Assembly (NCBI GenBank): GCA_964405055.1
Contig: CAYOMH010000001.1
Coordinates: forward strand, 9,873 to 35,726
Direction of reading: 5' to 3'
Origin: an uncultured Muribaculaceae bacterium
GTDB lineage: Bacteria > Bacillota_I > Bacilli_A > RF39 > UBA660
DNA: 25,854 nt
This document shows, piece after piece, positions 8,035 through 17,791 of the stretch; the first letter of the stretch is position 1; each line of letters starts with the position of its first letter. The notes below the pieces were generated by a model. It searched no databases. It had not been told where the DNA came from and saw only the letters and a list, made by a program, of their open reading frames with translations. The translations under genes were made by a program, and so were the position numbers.

Positions 8035-8985
8035 ATGAAAATTTTAATTACAGGTGGAGCAGGATTTATAGGTAGTAATTTAGTATCCAAATTGATAGAA
8101 GATAAAAAAAATAAAATTGTTGTATTGGATAATCTTTCAACAGGGTCAGAAAGAAATATTCAGGAATTTCTAAATTATGAAAATTTTGAATTTTATAAAT
8201 ATGATATTACTGACAGTTCAATTATAGATTATATAAAGAATTTAAATGTGGATGAAATATATAATTTAGCTTGTCCAGCATCTCCAAAATATTATTTGAA
8301 ACATCCAATTGAAACTTGGGAAGCAAGTGTGATTGGTATTCGTAATTTGTTACAAGCTATTAATGGTACAAAGATAAGAATGATTCATTCATCTACATCA
8401 GAAGTATATGGAGATGCCTTAGAATATCCTCAAACTGAAAATTATTGGGGAAATGTAAATCCTATTGGAGTAAGAGCATGCTATGATGAAGGCAAGAGAG
8501 CTGCTGAAGCATTGATATATGATTATATTCGTCAATATAATGTAGATGTAAGAGTTGTTAGAATATTTAATACTTATGGTCCAAAAATGAATCCTTTGGA
8601 TGGTAGAATTGTTTCTAATTTTATAATGCAGGCACTAAATAATGATGATATAACTATTTATGGAAATGGAAAACAAACTAGAAGTTTTTGCTTTGTTGAT
8701 GATACAGTTAATTGTCTTATTAAATTGATGGATTTGGATCAAAAAAATGAATCACCAATAAATGTCGGTAATCCATATGAATTATCTGTAAGTTATGTAG
8801 CAGAATTTATAAAAGAAAGAATTGGTTCATCATCTCAGATAGTATATTTGAATGAAATGTCAGATGATCCTAAGAAAAGAAAACCAAATATATCCAAAGC
8901 TAAAAAAATCATTGATTGGGAACCATGTGTTAGTTTTGAATATGGCATTGATTCAACAATTGATTATTTTAAAAATATTAAGTAA
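8035..8985 (+). CDS. UDP-glucuronate decarboxylase (UDP-xylose synthase), extended SDR family
   Basis: ITGGAGFIGS, YNLACPASP, TSEVYGD, YWGNVNPIG.RACYDEGKR.AE and RIFNTYGP.M...DGR.VSNF. Start placed at ATG 8035 because of the AGGAGG RBS. Confidence 0.9.
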   Translation: MKILITGGAGFIGSNLVSKLIEDKKNKIVVLDNLSTGSERNIQEFLNYENFEFYKYDITDSSIIDYIKNLNVDEIYNLACPASPKYYLKHPIETWEASVIGIRNLLQAINGTKIRMIHSSTSEVYGDALEYPQTENYWGNVNPIGVRACYDEGKRAAEALIYDYIRQYNVDVRVVRIFNTYGPKMNPLDGRIVSNFIMQALNNDDITIYGNGKQTRSFCFVDDTVNCLIKLMDLDQKNESPINVGNPYELSVSYVAEFIKERIGSSSQIVYLNEMSDDPKKRKPNISKAKKIIDWEPCVSFEYGIDSTIDYFKNIK

Positions 8986-9020
8986 ATAATAGAATACATA
9001 AATAAAGATAGGAGATTAGT

Positions 9021-9890
9021 ATGATAGCAGTAAAGAGTTTAGAAATTCATGTATCGTATCATTGTAATTTATCTTGTAAGGGGTGCTCGCATATGACTCC
9101 GTTGGAAAAAGAAAAATTTATTGATGAAAAGGATATCTATGATACATTGAAAATTCTTAGTATGTATTTACATTGCGATGTTATTAGATTAATTGGTGGG
9201 GAACCAACTCTTAATAAAAATCTTGCTGATATTGCCAAAAATATAAAAAAAATTAATATTGCTGATAAAATCGCAATTGCTACTAATGGTATTTTTATTG
9301 ATAGACTTAATGAAGAAGTGTTAGAAAATATTGATGTGTTTGAAATTTCAAATTACCATTATTCAGATAATTTAACAAATAAGATAATTAATTGGGCAAA
9401 AAAGGCAAAAGAAAAATATAATATTAAAACATATATCTATATGTATAAAAATTTTAGAGAATCTATTTCCTTCCAAGAGAACAATAGTACAGATTTAGTA
9501 AAAAATATATATGATACTTGTATTGTGTCTCATGACTGGCAATGTTTCAATGTTTTTGAAGGCTACTTTTTTAAATGTCCACAAGCTATGGCTATATCTA
9601 GAAATATTAAAAATAATCCAATGAATATAAATGGTATTAAAATTGAAAACTCAAATAATTTAGAGATGGAATTGCTTAATTATATAAACAGTACTGAGCC
9701 ATTAAAAGCTTGTACTCATTGCTTAGGTACTGTTGGTAAATATATAGAATTAGATCAAATTCCTAAAAATAAATACAAGGAGTTATCAAATAATTCAATT
9801 GAGGAAATGGTTGATTATGATTTTTTAGAAAAAAATTTAGATGAGAGTACTGGAGATATGCTTACGGTTGAAAATGTAATAGAAATATAG
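9021..9890 (+). CDS. Radical SAM enzyme 1 with C-terminal auxiliary Cys cluster (twitch-like)
   Basis: HCNLSCKGCSH (CxxxCxxC), GGEP, ATNG. C-terminal C..C..KCP...CTHC. Confidence 0.9.
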   Translation: MIAVKSLEIHVSYHCNLSCKGCSHMTPLEKEKFIDEKDIYDTLKILSMYLHCDVIRLIGGEPTLNKNLADIAKNIKKINIADKIAIATNGIFIDRLNEEVLENIDVFEISNYHYSDNLTNKIINWAKKAKEKYNIKTYIYMYKNFRESISFQENNSTDLVKNIYDTCIVSHDWQCFNVFEGYFFKCPQAMAISRNIKNNPMNINGIKIENSNNLEMELLNYINSTEPLKACTHCLGTVGKYIELDQIPKNKYKELSNNSIEEMVDYDFLEKNLDESTGDMLTVENVIEI

Positions 9891-9898
9891 AAGGCTTT

Positions 9899-10930
9899 AT
9901 GGAAAGATATGTTGAAATTGATGGTAAAAATATAAAAGAGTTAATATCAAATAACAATGTTATATGTTGTAGACTAAGAAATTCTAGAATAAAATCAAAG
10001 CAATTAGCAATTATGGAAATGTTGCTAATGAATTATGATTTGGATCTTCGTTTTATTAAAAATGGACCTTTAGGAGATGTTAAAGGCATTGTATCTTTTT
10101 TAATATCAAAAGATAAGATGGATGCATTAACTGAAAGATTAAATAGAATAGGGTATTTTAACGAGTTTTATTTATTAAACTTTGATTCTGAAATATGCGA
10201 AAACAAATCTAATATAGAAACTATTAATCCATTAGTATGGAAAGGATTGAGTTTTTCTATTGAAACAATTTATAAACAAGATGAAAAGTTATATGAACAG
10301 CAATCACCTCATAATAGAACATTTAAAATTGTTTCTTATAATGGTGAAGAAAAAATTTTAAATGGTTATAGAGGAAATGGAACTGATATGGGTAGACGAG
10401 CACTTCCAGTAGAAGATGCAAGATGTTTAGTAAATTTGTCAATACCATTTAATGAAAATAAAGTACTAGAACCGTTTGCTGGTGGTGGAGGAATAATATA
10501 TATGTATAAATATATTAATCCGAATGTTGATATAACAAGTATTGATATAGATGAAACATTAAAACCAGGATTAGAATATTATGGCTCAAAACATATAGTT
10601 GGTTCATCAGCAAGTGTTCACTTATCTGAATCGTATGATGCCATTGTAACAGAAGTTCCTTTTAGTAATAATGCTACTGCATCTGTAGTAGAAGCAATAA
10701 AAAATGTTTATCCTAATTTGGATGAAAAAGGAATTATTGTTCTAATGTGTGGAATTCAACAAAGTAAGGATATTGCAAATTGCTTAAAAGAAGAATTAAA
10801 TAGTAATTTATTATTTAAAAAAGAATTAAACAGAAAAGGCACTGATGTTGTTATACAAGTTTGGACGAAAAATTTTGAACTCTATAATGAATTAGAAAGT
10901 ACAATTTCAACTGTGTCAAAAATATTTTAA
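9899..10930 (+). CDS. Class I SAM-dependent methyltransferase, Trm11/TrmG10 (UPF0020)-like
   Basis: LPVEDARCLVNL...VLEPFAGGGGI resembles the Trm11/Trm14 LP..LA.AMVNL...LDPFCG.G signature. IDID (motif II) and DAIVTEVPF (a DPPY-like motif IV variant) are present. Confidence 0.7.
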   Translation: MERYVEIDGKNIKELISNNNVICCRLRNSRIKSKQLAIMEMLLMNYDLDLRFIKNGPLGDVKGIVSFLISKDKMDALTERLNRIGYFNEFYLLNFDSEICENKSNIETINPLVWKGLSFSIETIYKQDEKLYEQQSPHNRTFKIVSYNGEEKILNGYRGNGTDMGRRALPVEDARCLVNLSIPFNENKVLEPFAGGGGIIYMYKYINPNVDITSIDIDETLKPGLEYYGSKHIVGSSASVHLSESYDAIVTEVPFSNNATASVVEAIKNVYPNLDEKGIIVLMCGIQQSKDIANCLKEELNSNLLFKKELNRKGTDVVIQVWTKNFELYNELESTISTVSKIF

Positions 10931-10947
10931 TAAAAGGAGTGTATCCT

Positions 10948-12576
10948 ATGAAAAAAGTTGTTTTTATGTTACAAAATGGAATTGGATTCGGTCATTTTAA
11001 ATTAGCTTTAACTATATCAAAGTACATGAAAGAGAAATGTGATATTTCGTTTATAACACAAGCTAAATCTACAGTTATATTTGATAACTATGATTATAAA
11101 GTATATAATTTTCCAATGCTATATTCTTTAAAATCTAATAATGAAATATTAATAATGAATAATTTAATTAATAAACTTTTAGAAGATATTCATCCTGATT
11201 TAATAATTGAAGATACTTATCCAGAGGATTTCTATATGAATCTTCCAGCAACAAAAAATATACCAAAATTATTATTAATGAATAGACTAAATGCAACAGA
11301 ATTTGAAAATTTCTTCTATAGTGGTATATTAAATCAATATGATAAATTAATTGTATTAAAGGAAAAAGAAACATTTATTAATGAAATAAGTGCTAAAGAG
11401 GTTAGGAATTATGCTATTTATTCGGATAAAATTAAATATTTAAGTGGTGTATTTAATGAACCATCTGAAACTATAAAAAATGAAGTAGAGCAAAAATATA
11501 ATTTAAAAAAATTTGATAAAAATATTGTTGTTAACTGTGGAGCTGGTGGTTGGCATATTGGAAATAATATTTGTGAGAAAATATTTGATAAAGTAATTAA
11601 TACAACAAACAAATTAGTTGAAAATGGTATAAATATTCAAACAATTTTAGTTCTTGGACCTTATAGTAAATATTTAGAGGAAAAGTATAAAAAAAATATG
11701 AATGAACATATAAAAATAGTAGACTTTGAAACTAACTTAGATGCATTATTTCATAAAGTAGATTTAGTAATTTTAAGACCAGGTTATAATACTACAATGG
11801 AAGCTTTATCTGGGAAACAAAATATTTTATTACTTCCCGGTATATCTTATATGGAAGATCAAGATGTTTGGTGCAGAGAATTAGCTACTACTTATGGAAT
11901 AGATTATTTAAATGTTAATAATTTAGATGAAATAGATTTTAAAATAGAAAGACTGTTAAAAAGAAATGTTAGGACTTCAGTTAAACCAGTAAATAATACT
12001 AAAAATGTTGCGGAAGAAATTTTAAATACACTGAATAAAGATATCGGTAATAAAGAAGTACAAATATGTATTAATAATTTAATAAATGAAGATGACAGTT
12101 TAGTATTGCCTAAAAACGTTTACAATTTAAAAAAAGATAAAACTATAAATAATATAATGGTTTTGAATATGAGTGATATTAGCATATTGGATTATTCTAA
12201 ACACAACAGTTTCATTTTTGTAAACGATATTAAATTAGAATTAAATAGGCAATCTTTTTATAATACACGATATAATCTTGCCGGAATAAATACAATTGAA
12301 TATGAAGAAATTGTATTTATAAATAAAAAGCGATTATTTAATGAAATAATTACTATATTAGATAATCCTCAAAGATTTACTAATAATATAATAATAACAT
12401 TACCTAAAATGACAAAAAATGATTTAAAAGATTTAATTAATTCTTTAAAAGATTTTATTAAAGATAATAAATTAAATGTTATTTCATTAGAAAAAATATT
12501 AACAGATTTGGTAAATGATTCTATTTCAAATTATAAATATGGTTTTTATAGGCCAGAAATTACTAAATTAAATTAG
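10948..12576 (+). CDS. GT-B fold glycosyltransferase (GT1/GT28 C-terminal-like) with a C-terminal extension
   Basis: QNGIGFGH N-terminal motif, VVNCGAGG, VLGPY, VDLVILRPGYNTTMEAL, LLLP. Start placed at ATG 10948 from RBS spacing. Confidence 0.78.
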   Translation: MKKVVFMLQNGIGFGHFKLALTISKYMKEKCDISFITQAKSTVIFDNYDYKVYNFPMLYSLKSNNEILIMNNLINKLLEDIHPDLIIEDTYPEDFYMNLPATKNIPKLLLMNRLNATEFENFFYSGILNQYDKLIVLKEKETFINEISAKEVRNYAIYSDKIKYLSGVFNEPSETIKNEVEQKYNLKKFDKNIVVNCGAGGWHIGNNICEKIFDKVINTTNKLVENGINIQTILVLGPYSKYLEEKYKKNMNEHIKIVDFETNLDALFHKVDLVILRPGYNTTMEALSGKQNILLLPGISYMEDQDVWCRELATTYGIDYLNVNNLDEIDFKIERLLKRNVRTSVKPVNNTKNVAEEILNTLNKDIGNKEVQICINNLINEDDSLVLPKNVYNLKKDKTINNIMVLNMSDISILDYSKHNSFIFVNDIKLELNRQSFYNTRYNLAGINTIEYEEIVFINKKRLFNEIITILDNPQRFTNNIIITLPKMTKNDLKDLINSLKDFIKDNKLNVISLEKILTDLVNDSISNYKYGFYRPEITKLN

Positions 12577-12585
12577 GAGGATAAA

Positions 12586-13470
12586 ATGAACAGATTTAAA
12601 AGTTACAATATCCCAAATATTTCTTTTGAAGAATTAAAAAAGCTAGAAGATCAGTATTTAGAACAAGTGCGTAACGATAATTTGAAAAAAGTGGAAATAA
12701 AAATAAATGATGAAAATATAAATATTAATATTGAACCATTCTATAAAAAATCTTCTTTATGGAGTGAATTAAGAAATTTAATTAAACTAAATAATGTTGA
12801 ATTTTGGTTTAGAGATGATGATGCTGGAATAGACAATAATTCTCTTGATACACTTATGGATTATTTAAATAAAAAGAATATTAATGTGTTAATTGCAGCT
12901 ATACCAAAATTAAGTAATAATGAATTAAAATTTATATTAGACAAATATTATAATTATTTAATTGCCCAACATGGGTATGAACATATAAATTATACTAATG
13001 GTGATTCAAGTGAATATCCTGATACGAGGGAAGTAGAAGTTATTAATAAAGAATTACTTGAAGGTAATAAAATATTAGAAAAATTATTTGAAAATAAATA
13101 TAAAAAAATTTTTATTCCTCCTTGGTTTGAAATAGGTAATAAAGCTAAAAAAATATTAAAGGATAACAATTATTTAGCTATTTCAAATTACTGGACTAAT
13201 AAGATTAATTTTGATGAATTAGTTGAGATAAATTCACAAGTGGACTTTGTTAATTGGGATGATGCATATACATTTGGAGGAGAGGATTTTGTATTAAAAC
13301 AAATAATTAGTGAAATAAATTCTGGTAATAAATGCATTGGATTATTATTACATCATGAAAGAATTGGTAAAGAAACATATTATTTTTTAGATAAGCTAAT
13401 TGATGTAATATTGGAAAATGGTTCCATTACAGATTTTAATACAATTTTAGAAAGTTATAGAAATGATTAG
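12586..13470 (+). CDS. Polysaccharide deacetylase (NodB/CE4-like)
   Basis: FWFRDDD, QHGYEH, FIPPW and LLLHH motifs. No signal peptide. Confidence 0.8.
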   Translation: MNRFKSYNIPNISFEELKKLEDQYLEQVRNDNLKKVEIKINDENININIEPFYKKSSLWSELRNLIKLNNVEFWFRDDDAGIDNNSLDTLMDYLNKKNINVLIAAIPKLSNNELKFILDKYYNYLIAQHGYEHINYTNGDSSEYPDTREVEVINKELLEGNKILEKLFENKYKKIFIPPWFEIGNKAKKILKDNNYLAISNYWTNKINFDELVEINSQVDFVNWDDAYTFGGEDFVLKQIISEINSGNKCIGLLLHHERIGKETYYFLDKLIDVILENGSITDFNTILESYRND

Positions 13471-14335
13471 TGTAATAATACCTACTTATAATTCAGAAAA
13501 GTATATTGTCAATTGTATAAATAGTATTTTAAGTAATACTTATACCAATTATGAAATAATTGTTGTAGATGATGGTTCGACGGATAATACAATTAGTTTA
13601 ATTAATGAATTAAAAATTAATAATATTAAAATTTGCAGAAGCAATAATAAAGGCCCAGGAAGTGCAAGAAATATTGGCATTAAAAATTCCAATGGTAAAT
13701 ATTTATTCTTTTTAGACTCAGATGATTTAATTAATTCAAATACTTTTGAATTGTTAATCAAAGAAATGAAAGATAATGATCTTGTTATAGGCGATTATAA
13801 AATAATCTATGATAATGGAGATATAGAAGAATTTAGTACACCATCAGATTCATCATTTAATAGTTTTTTTGAGTCAGTTACTATATGGAATAGGCTATAT
13901 TTGAAATCATTTATTGAAAATAATAATATTGAATTTGATAATTTATATCAAGGAGAGGATAGATTATTTTTGGCTAAAATGTATCTAGCAAATCCTAAGT
14001 TTAAAGTAGTATCAAAAAGTATCTATAATTGGATAAGGCATGATACCGACAGTAACTCGACATTAACTCATCAAACTACTAAAGATAGGTTTTATAATCA
14101 AGTGGATTGTATGAGAAAGTTTTTAGAAGTATTAATAAATAATATATCAAAGAAAGATAAAGAATTGTTATTAGACCATTTAAGATATAGTTGTATTTAT
14201 TTGATGGAAATATATACATCAATAGATGATAAAACTTGTAAACCAGATAAATTATATGAATTAGCTAATTTATTAGAATTTAATAAATACAAGGATTTAT
14301 ATAAGAAAATATTTAATAAAGAATGGAGTGATTAA
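13463..14335 (+). CDS. Glycosyltransferase family 2
   Basis: ISVIIPTYN, VVDDGSTD, GPGSARN.G, FLDSDD, GEDRLF. Confidence 0.93.
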   Translation: MISVIIPTYNSEKYIVNCINSILSNTYTNYEIIVVDDGSTDNTISLINELKINNIKICRSNNKGPGSARNIGIKNSNGKYLFFLDSDDLINSNTFELLIKEMKDNDLVIGDYKIIYDNGDIEEFSTPSDSSFNSFFESVTIWNRLYLKSFIENNNIEFDNLYQGEDRLFLAKMYLANPKFKVVSKSIYNWIRHDTDSNSTLTHQTTKDRFYNQVDCMRKFLEVLINNISKKDKELLLDHLRYSCIYLMEIYTSIDDKTCKPDKLYELANLLEFNKYKDLYKKIFNKEWSD

Positions 14336-14336
14336 A

Positions 14337-15254
14337 ATGACTGTAGAATTATCAATAGAGGAAAAAATAAATAAGATGCAAGAAGAAATAGATAGTTTAA
14401 AAAAAGAATGTGAATACTGGGCAAAAGAAGTTGAAGATATAACAGAATTATCTTTGCAAAAAATGAGAGGACCTTATATATCATTTGAATATCATTTGAA
14501 CGATCATTGTAATTTAAATTGTAAGGGATGTGATCATTTTTCTCCATTAGCAGAAGAAAAGTTTACTAACTATGAAAATTTTGTAAAAGATATTGATAGA
14601 ATGTCTGAATTGTTTGATGGAAAAGCTAAATCGATTCATATTTTAGGTGGAGAGCCATTATTAAATAAAGATGTTATTAAATATTTAGAAAAAACAAGAA
14701 AAGCATTTCCTGATACTGAATTAACTGAAATAAGATTAATATCTAATGGTATTTTAGTTAATAAAATGAATTCAGAATTTTGGAAAGCATTAAATAAATA
14801 TAATATTATATTATCTGTGACTAAATATCCACTAAAATTAGATTATGATTTAATGAAGAAGACAGCTGATAAATATAATGCTATGTTTGAATTCTATGAT
14901 AATACTGATCAAAATCAAGTATGGTATAACATTAAACTACAAGAAGATGGTAAGAGAGATCCAAAAAGAAGTTATTATAAATGTTTTGTTTCAAACAATT
15001 GTATTATGTTAAAAGAGGGAAAATTATATACTTGTACTTTAATACCTAATATAGAACACTTTAATAAGTTTTTTAATAAACATTTAGAAGTTTGTGATGA
15101 AGATTATATTGATATTTATAAAGCGGAAAACAAAGAACAAATTTTTGATTTTTTAAGTAAACCAGTTCCATTTTGTAGATATTGTAATCCTGATGTTAAA
15201 GATTATTCATTAGCATGGGAACCAACTAATAAAAAAATAGATGAATGGACTTGA
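14337..15254 (+). CDS. Radical SAM enzyme 2 with N-terminal coiled-coil and C-terminal Cys cluster
   Basis: HCNLNCKGCDHF, GGEPLL, ISNG. C-terminal CF...C...YTC...FCRYC. Confidence 0.9.
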   Translation: MTVELSIEEKINKMQEEIDSLKKECEYWAKEVEDITELSLQKMRGPYISFEYHLNDHCNLNCKGCDHFSPLAEEKFTNYENFVKDIDRMSELFDGKAKSIHILGGEPLLNKDVIKYLEKTRKAFPDTELTEIRLISNGILVNKMNSEFWKALNKYNIILSVTKYPLKLDYDLMKKTADKYNAMFEFYDNTDQNQVWYNIKLQEDGKRDPKRSYYKCFVSNNCIMLKEGKLYTCTLIPNIEHFNKFFNKHLEVCDEDYIDIYKAENKEQIFDFLSKPVPFCRYCNPDVKDYSLAWEPTNKKIDEWT

Positions 15255-16347
15255 TTATATGAAATATGTATTATATTCGAGTGACGATGTAACTAATATA
15301 TTAGATAAAAAAGGATTTAATTATGAATATAGAATTACTAATGATTCAAATGAAATGAGTGGTGAAATCAATAGTATTTATTATTTAAAAAACAATTACA
15401 ATGGTGAGACAATAATTATTCCATCATATATTTCGGACGATATAAATCCTGATGATATATATAACTATTTTATATCAATTGGATTTGATCACAATGACAT
15501 TTTGTTTGTTCCAATTGAAATGATTAAAGGAAGAGAAAGCATTGATACAAGTAAGTTTTATAAGTATGGAAGTGTTACATATTTAGATTATATAGAAATA
15601 AATATAAATGATCACTGTAATATGAATTGTAAAGGATGTTCACATTTTGCGCCTCTTGCCCCAACATCTTTTAAAGATTTTAATGTTTTTTTTAAAGATA
15701 TAAAGAGATTAAAAGAATTAATACCACACATATTTAAGATTAGAATAATGGGTGGAGAACCATTTTTAAATCCCGAATTAAAAAAATATGTTAGAGCAAT
15801 AAAGGAAGTATATCCATATACAGATTTGCGAATTGTAACCAATGGGTTATTATTAAAAAATATTGATGATGAAATATTAGATTTTATTAAAAATAATGAT
15901 GTTATGTTAGATATATCAGTGTATCCGCCACTTCATAAAACAATAGATGAAATTGTTCAAAAGCTAAAAGATAAAAAAGTAAAAATTTTCTTAGAAAATA
16001 TTAGTTTTTTCAAACCAATATTATTGAGTGAGAAAGAAAAATATCCATTTAATACATTGCAAAACTGTAATTGTATTAATTTGGAAAATGGATTTATAGC
16101 ATCATGTCCATTACAAACAACTATTAAGTATTATAATGACCATTTTGATAATAAATATGATTATAAAACAAATAAAATAAATATTTATGAATCAATTACT
16201 GGCTCAGATATAAAGAGAAGATTAAAAGAGCCATTTGAATTATGTGATTATTGTGCACATTATCGTGATGATCTACCATATTTTGAATGGAGTAAAAGTA
16301 TAACAAATATAGATTCAAAAGATTGGATTTATAAGAAAGGTAAGTAG
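15241..16347 (+). CDS. Radical SAM enzyme 3 with an N-terminal extension of about 115 aa
   Basis: HCNMNCKGCSHF, GGEPFL, VTNG. C-terminal CNC...SCP...LCDYC. Confidence 0.9.
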   Translation: MNGLDYMKYVLYSSDDVTNILDKKGFNYEYRITNDSNEMSGEINSIYYLKNNYNGETIIIPSYISDDINPDDIYNYFISIGFDHNDILFVPIEMIKGRESIDTSKFYKYGSVTYLDYIEININDHCNMNCKGCSHFAPLAPTSFKDFNVFFKDIKRLKELIPHIFKIRIMGGEPFLNPELKKYVRAIKEVYPYTDLRIVTNGLLLKNIDDEILDFIKNNDVMLDISVYPPLHKTIDEIVQKLKDKKVKIFLENISFFKPILLSEKEKYPFNTLQNCNCINLENGFIASCPLQTTIKYYNDHFDNKYDYKTNKINIYESITGSDIKRRLKEPFELCDYCAHYRDDLPYFEWSKSITNIDSKDWIYKKGK

Positions 16348-16348
16348 T

Positions 16349-17788
16349 ATGGGTTTAAGAATATGTAAAGGCAAATATCTTATTACTGATAAAGATAGTA
16401 TTAATTATGACTTTTTTGAAGATGATAATAATAAATTTATATTTATTAGAGGTAATGGAATTATTAAATCTTATATAACTAATGATTATAAAGAGCATAG
16501 CGAATTTTTAAATAAAGAAGATATTTTTATAAATGGCCACAATATAATAAGTAAAACAAATTTAGAATACATACCTATTGTTGATAATAATAAAATAATT
16601 GGTTTCTGCTACGATGATGAATATATCAATGATGTAATAAATAAAATTAAAGATTTAATAACTTTTGCTAATGATGATATATTGTCTTCATATTCTAAAG
16701 CAATTATATACGGCTATAATGAAATAACTATATATTTAGAAAAATTATTTAAAAAATGTAATTTAAAATATGAAATAAAAGCTAATTTGTTTTGTAGTCG
16801 AATAACACAAGAGAAAGATGATGTATTAGAATTATATGTGGAAGGTAATACAGGTTTATCGATAGACAATTATTCTTACTGGCGAGTATATCATGAGTGG
16901 TTATTTGATAATATGAAAGTTATTTATGATTTATATGATAAATTAAATATTTTTGTTTATGATCAACAAAAAGTAATTGAAGATAAAATAAAAAATAATA
17001 AACCATTTATGATGTCAAGGGTAGGTAATACTGAATTATGGGTAGTGAAAGAATACCTACAAAAACAAAAAGGATTAATAGATGATTATAATGAGTTTTG
17101 GGTAGATTATTTATTAAACACCTCAGGTTTTTTTACAAAAAAAGATGTAAAAGATGATATAGATAGATTTGCTATAAAACATATTGATGCAATTAAAAAT
17201 TGTGATTTTAATTTATGTTATGGTAATAGCGAATTAGCTGATGGCTTAAAAATGACTTTAGATAATTTACAAAAAAAGTCTTATAATTTTGATTGGGAAT
17301 TATTAACTAATCCATTTAACAATTCATGGTTTAAATTATTAAATAATAAAAAAGTATTAGTTATAAGCCCTTATTCAAAGAGTATTGAAAAACAATATAA
17401 AAATATTAGAAAAATTTATAATTATGATTATCCTGATTTTGAACTTATTACCTATCAAAGTTATGAAACACAATTAGGTAATGATTTGGGATATGAGTCA
17501 TACTTTGAAGTGTTAGATAAAATGATAGACGATATAAGTAAAATTGATTTTGATATTTCTTTTGTATGCTGTGGAGCATATGGATATATTTTATCTAGTT
17601 ATATAAAAAATATGGGAAAATCATCTATTGAATTATGCAGCTATTTACCTAATTGGTTTGGTATAAAAATCAAAAGATATTGTACTAAATTAAGTGTTAA
17701 TAAGTATTGGAATGAAAATTGGATTTTTCCGATTGAAAATCCAATAAAAAAATCAGAAAAAATAGAAGAAAGTTGTTATTGGGAGTGA
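16349..17788 (+). CDS. Multidomain hypothetical protein; C-terminal half resembles GT-D-like proteins of glycosylation loci
   Basis: KPFMMSRVGNTE (RxGxxE), KKVLVISPY and FDISFVCCGAYG motifs. The N-terminal half is unassigned. Confidence 0.5.
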   Translation: MGLRICKGKYLITDKDSINYDFFEDDNNKFIFIRGNGIIKSYITNDYKEHSEFLNKEDIFINGHNIISKTNLEYIPIVDNNKIIGFCYDDEYINDVINKIKDLITFANDDILSSYSKAIIYGYNEITIYLEKLFKKCNLKYEIKANLFCSRITQEKDDVLELYVEGNTGLSIDNYSYWRVYHEWLFDNMKVIYDLYDKLNIFVYDQQKVIEDKIKNNKPFMMSRVGNTELWVVKEYLQKQKGLIDDYNEFWVDYLLNTSGFFTKKDVKDDIDRFAIKHIDAIKNCDFNLCYGNSELADGLKMTLDNLQKKSYNFDWELLTNPFNNSWFKLLNNKKVLVISPYSKSIEKQYKNIRKIYNYDYPDFELITYQSYETQLGNDLGYESYFEVLDKMIDDISKIDFDISFVCCGAYGYILSSYIKNMGKSSIELCSYLPNWFGIKIKRYCTKLSVNKYWNENWIFPIENPIKKSEKIEESCYWE

Positions 17789-17791
17789 AAT

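Noticed and set aside
9021-16347. Radical SAM RiPP (sactipeptide/ranthipeptide) cluster
   Set aside because: No precursor peptide, RRE-like domain, peptidase or transporter is evident, and the neighbourhood is entirely sugar-processing.
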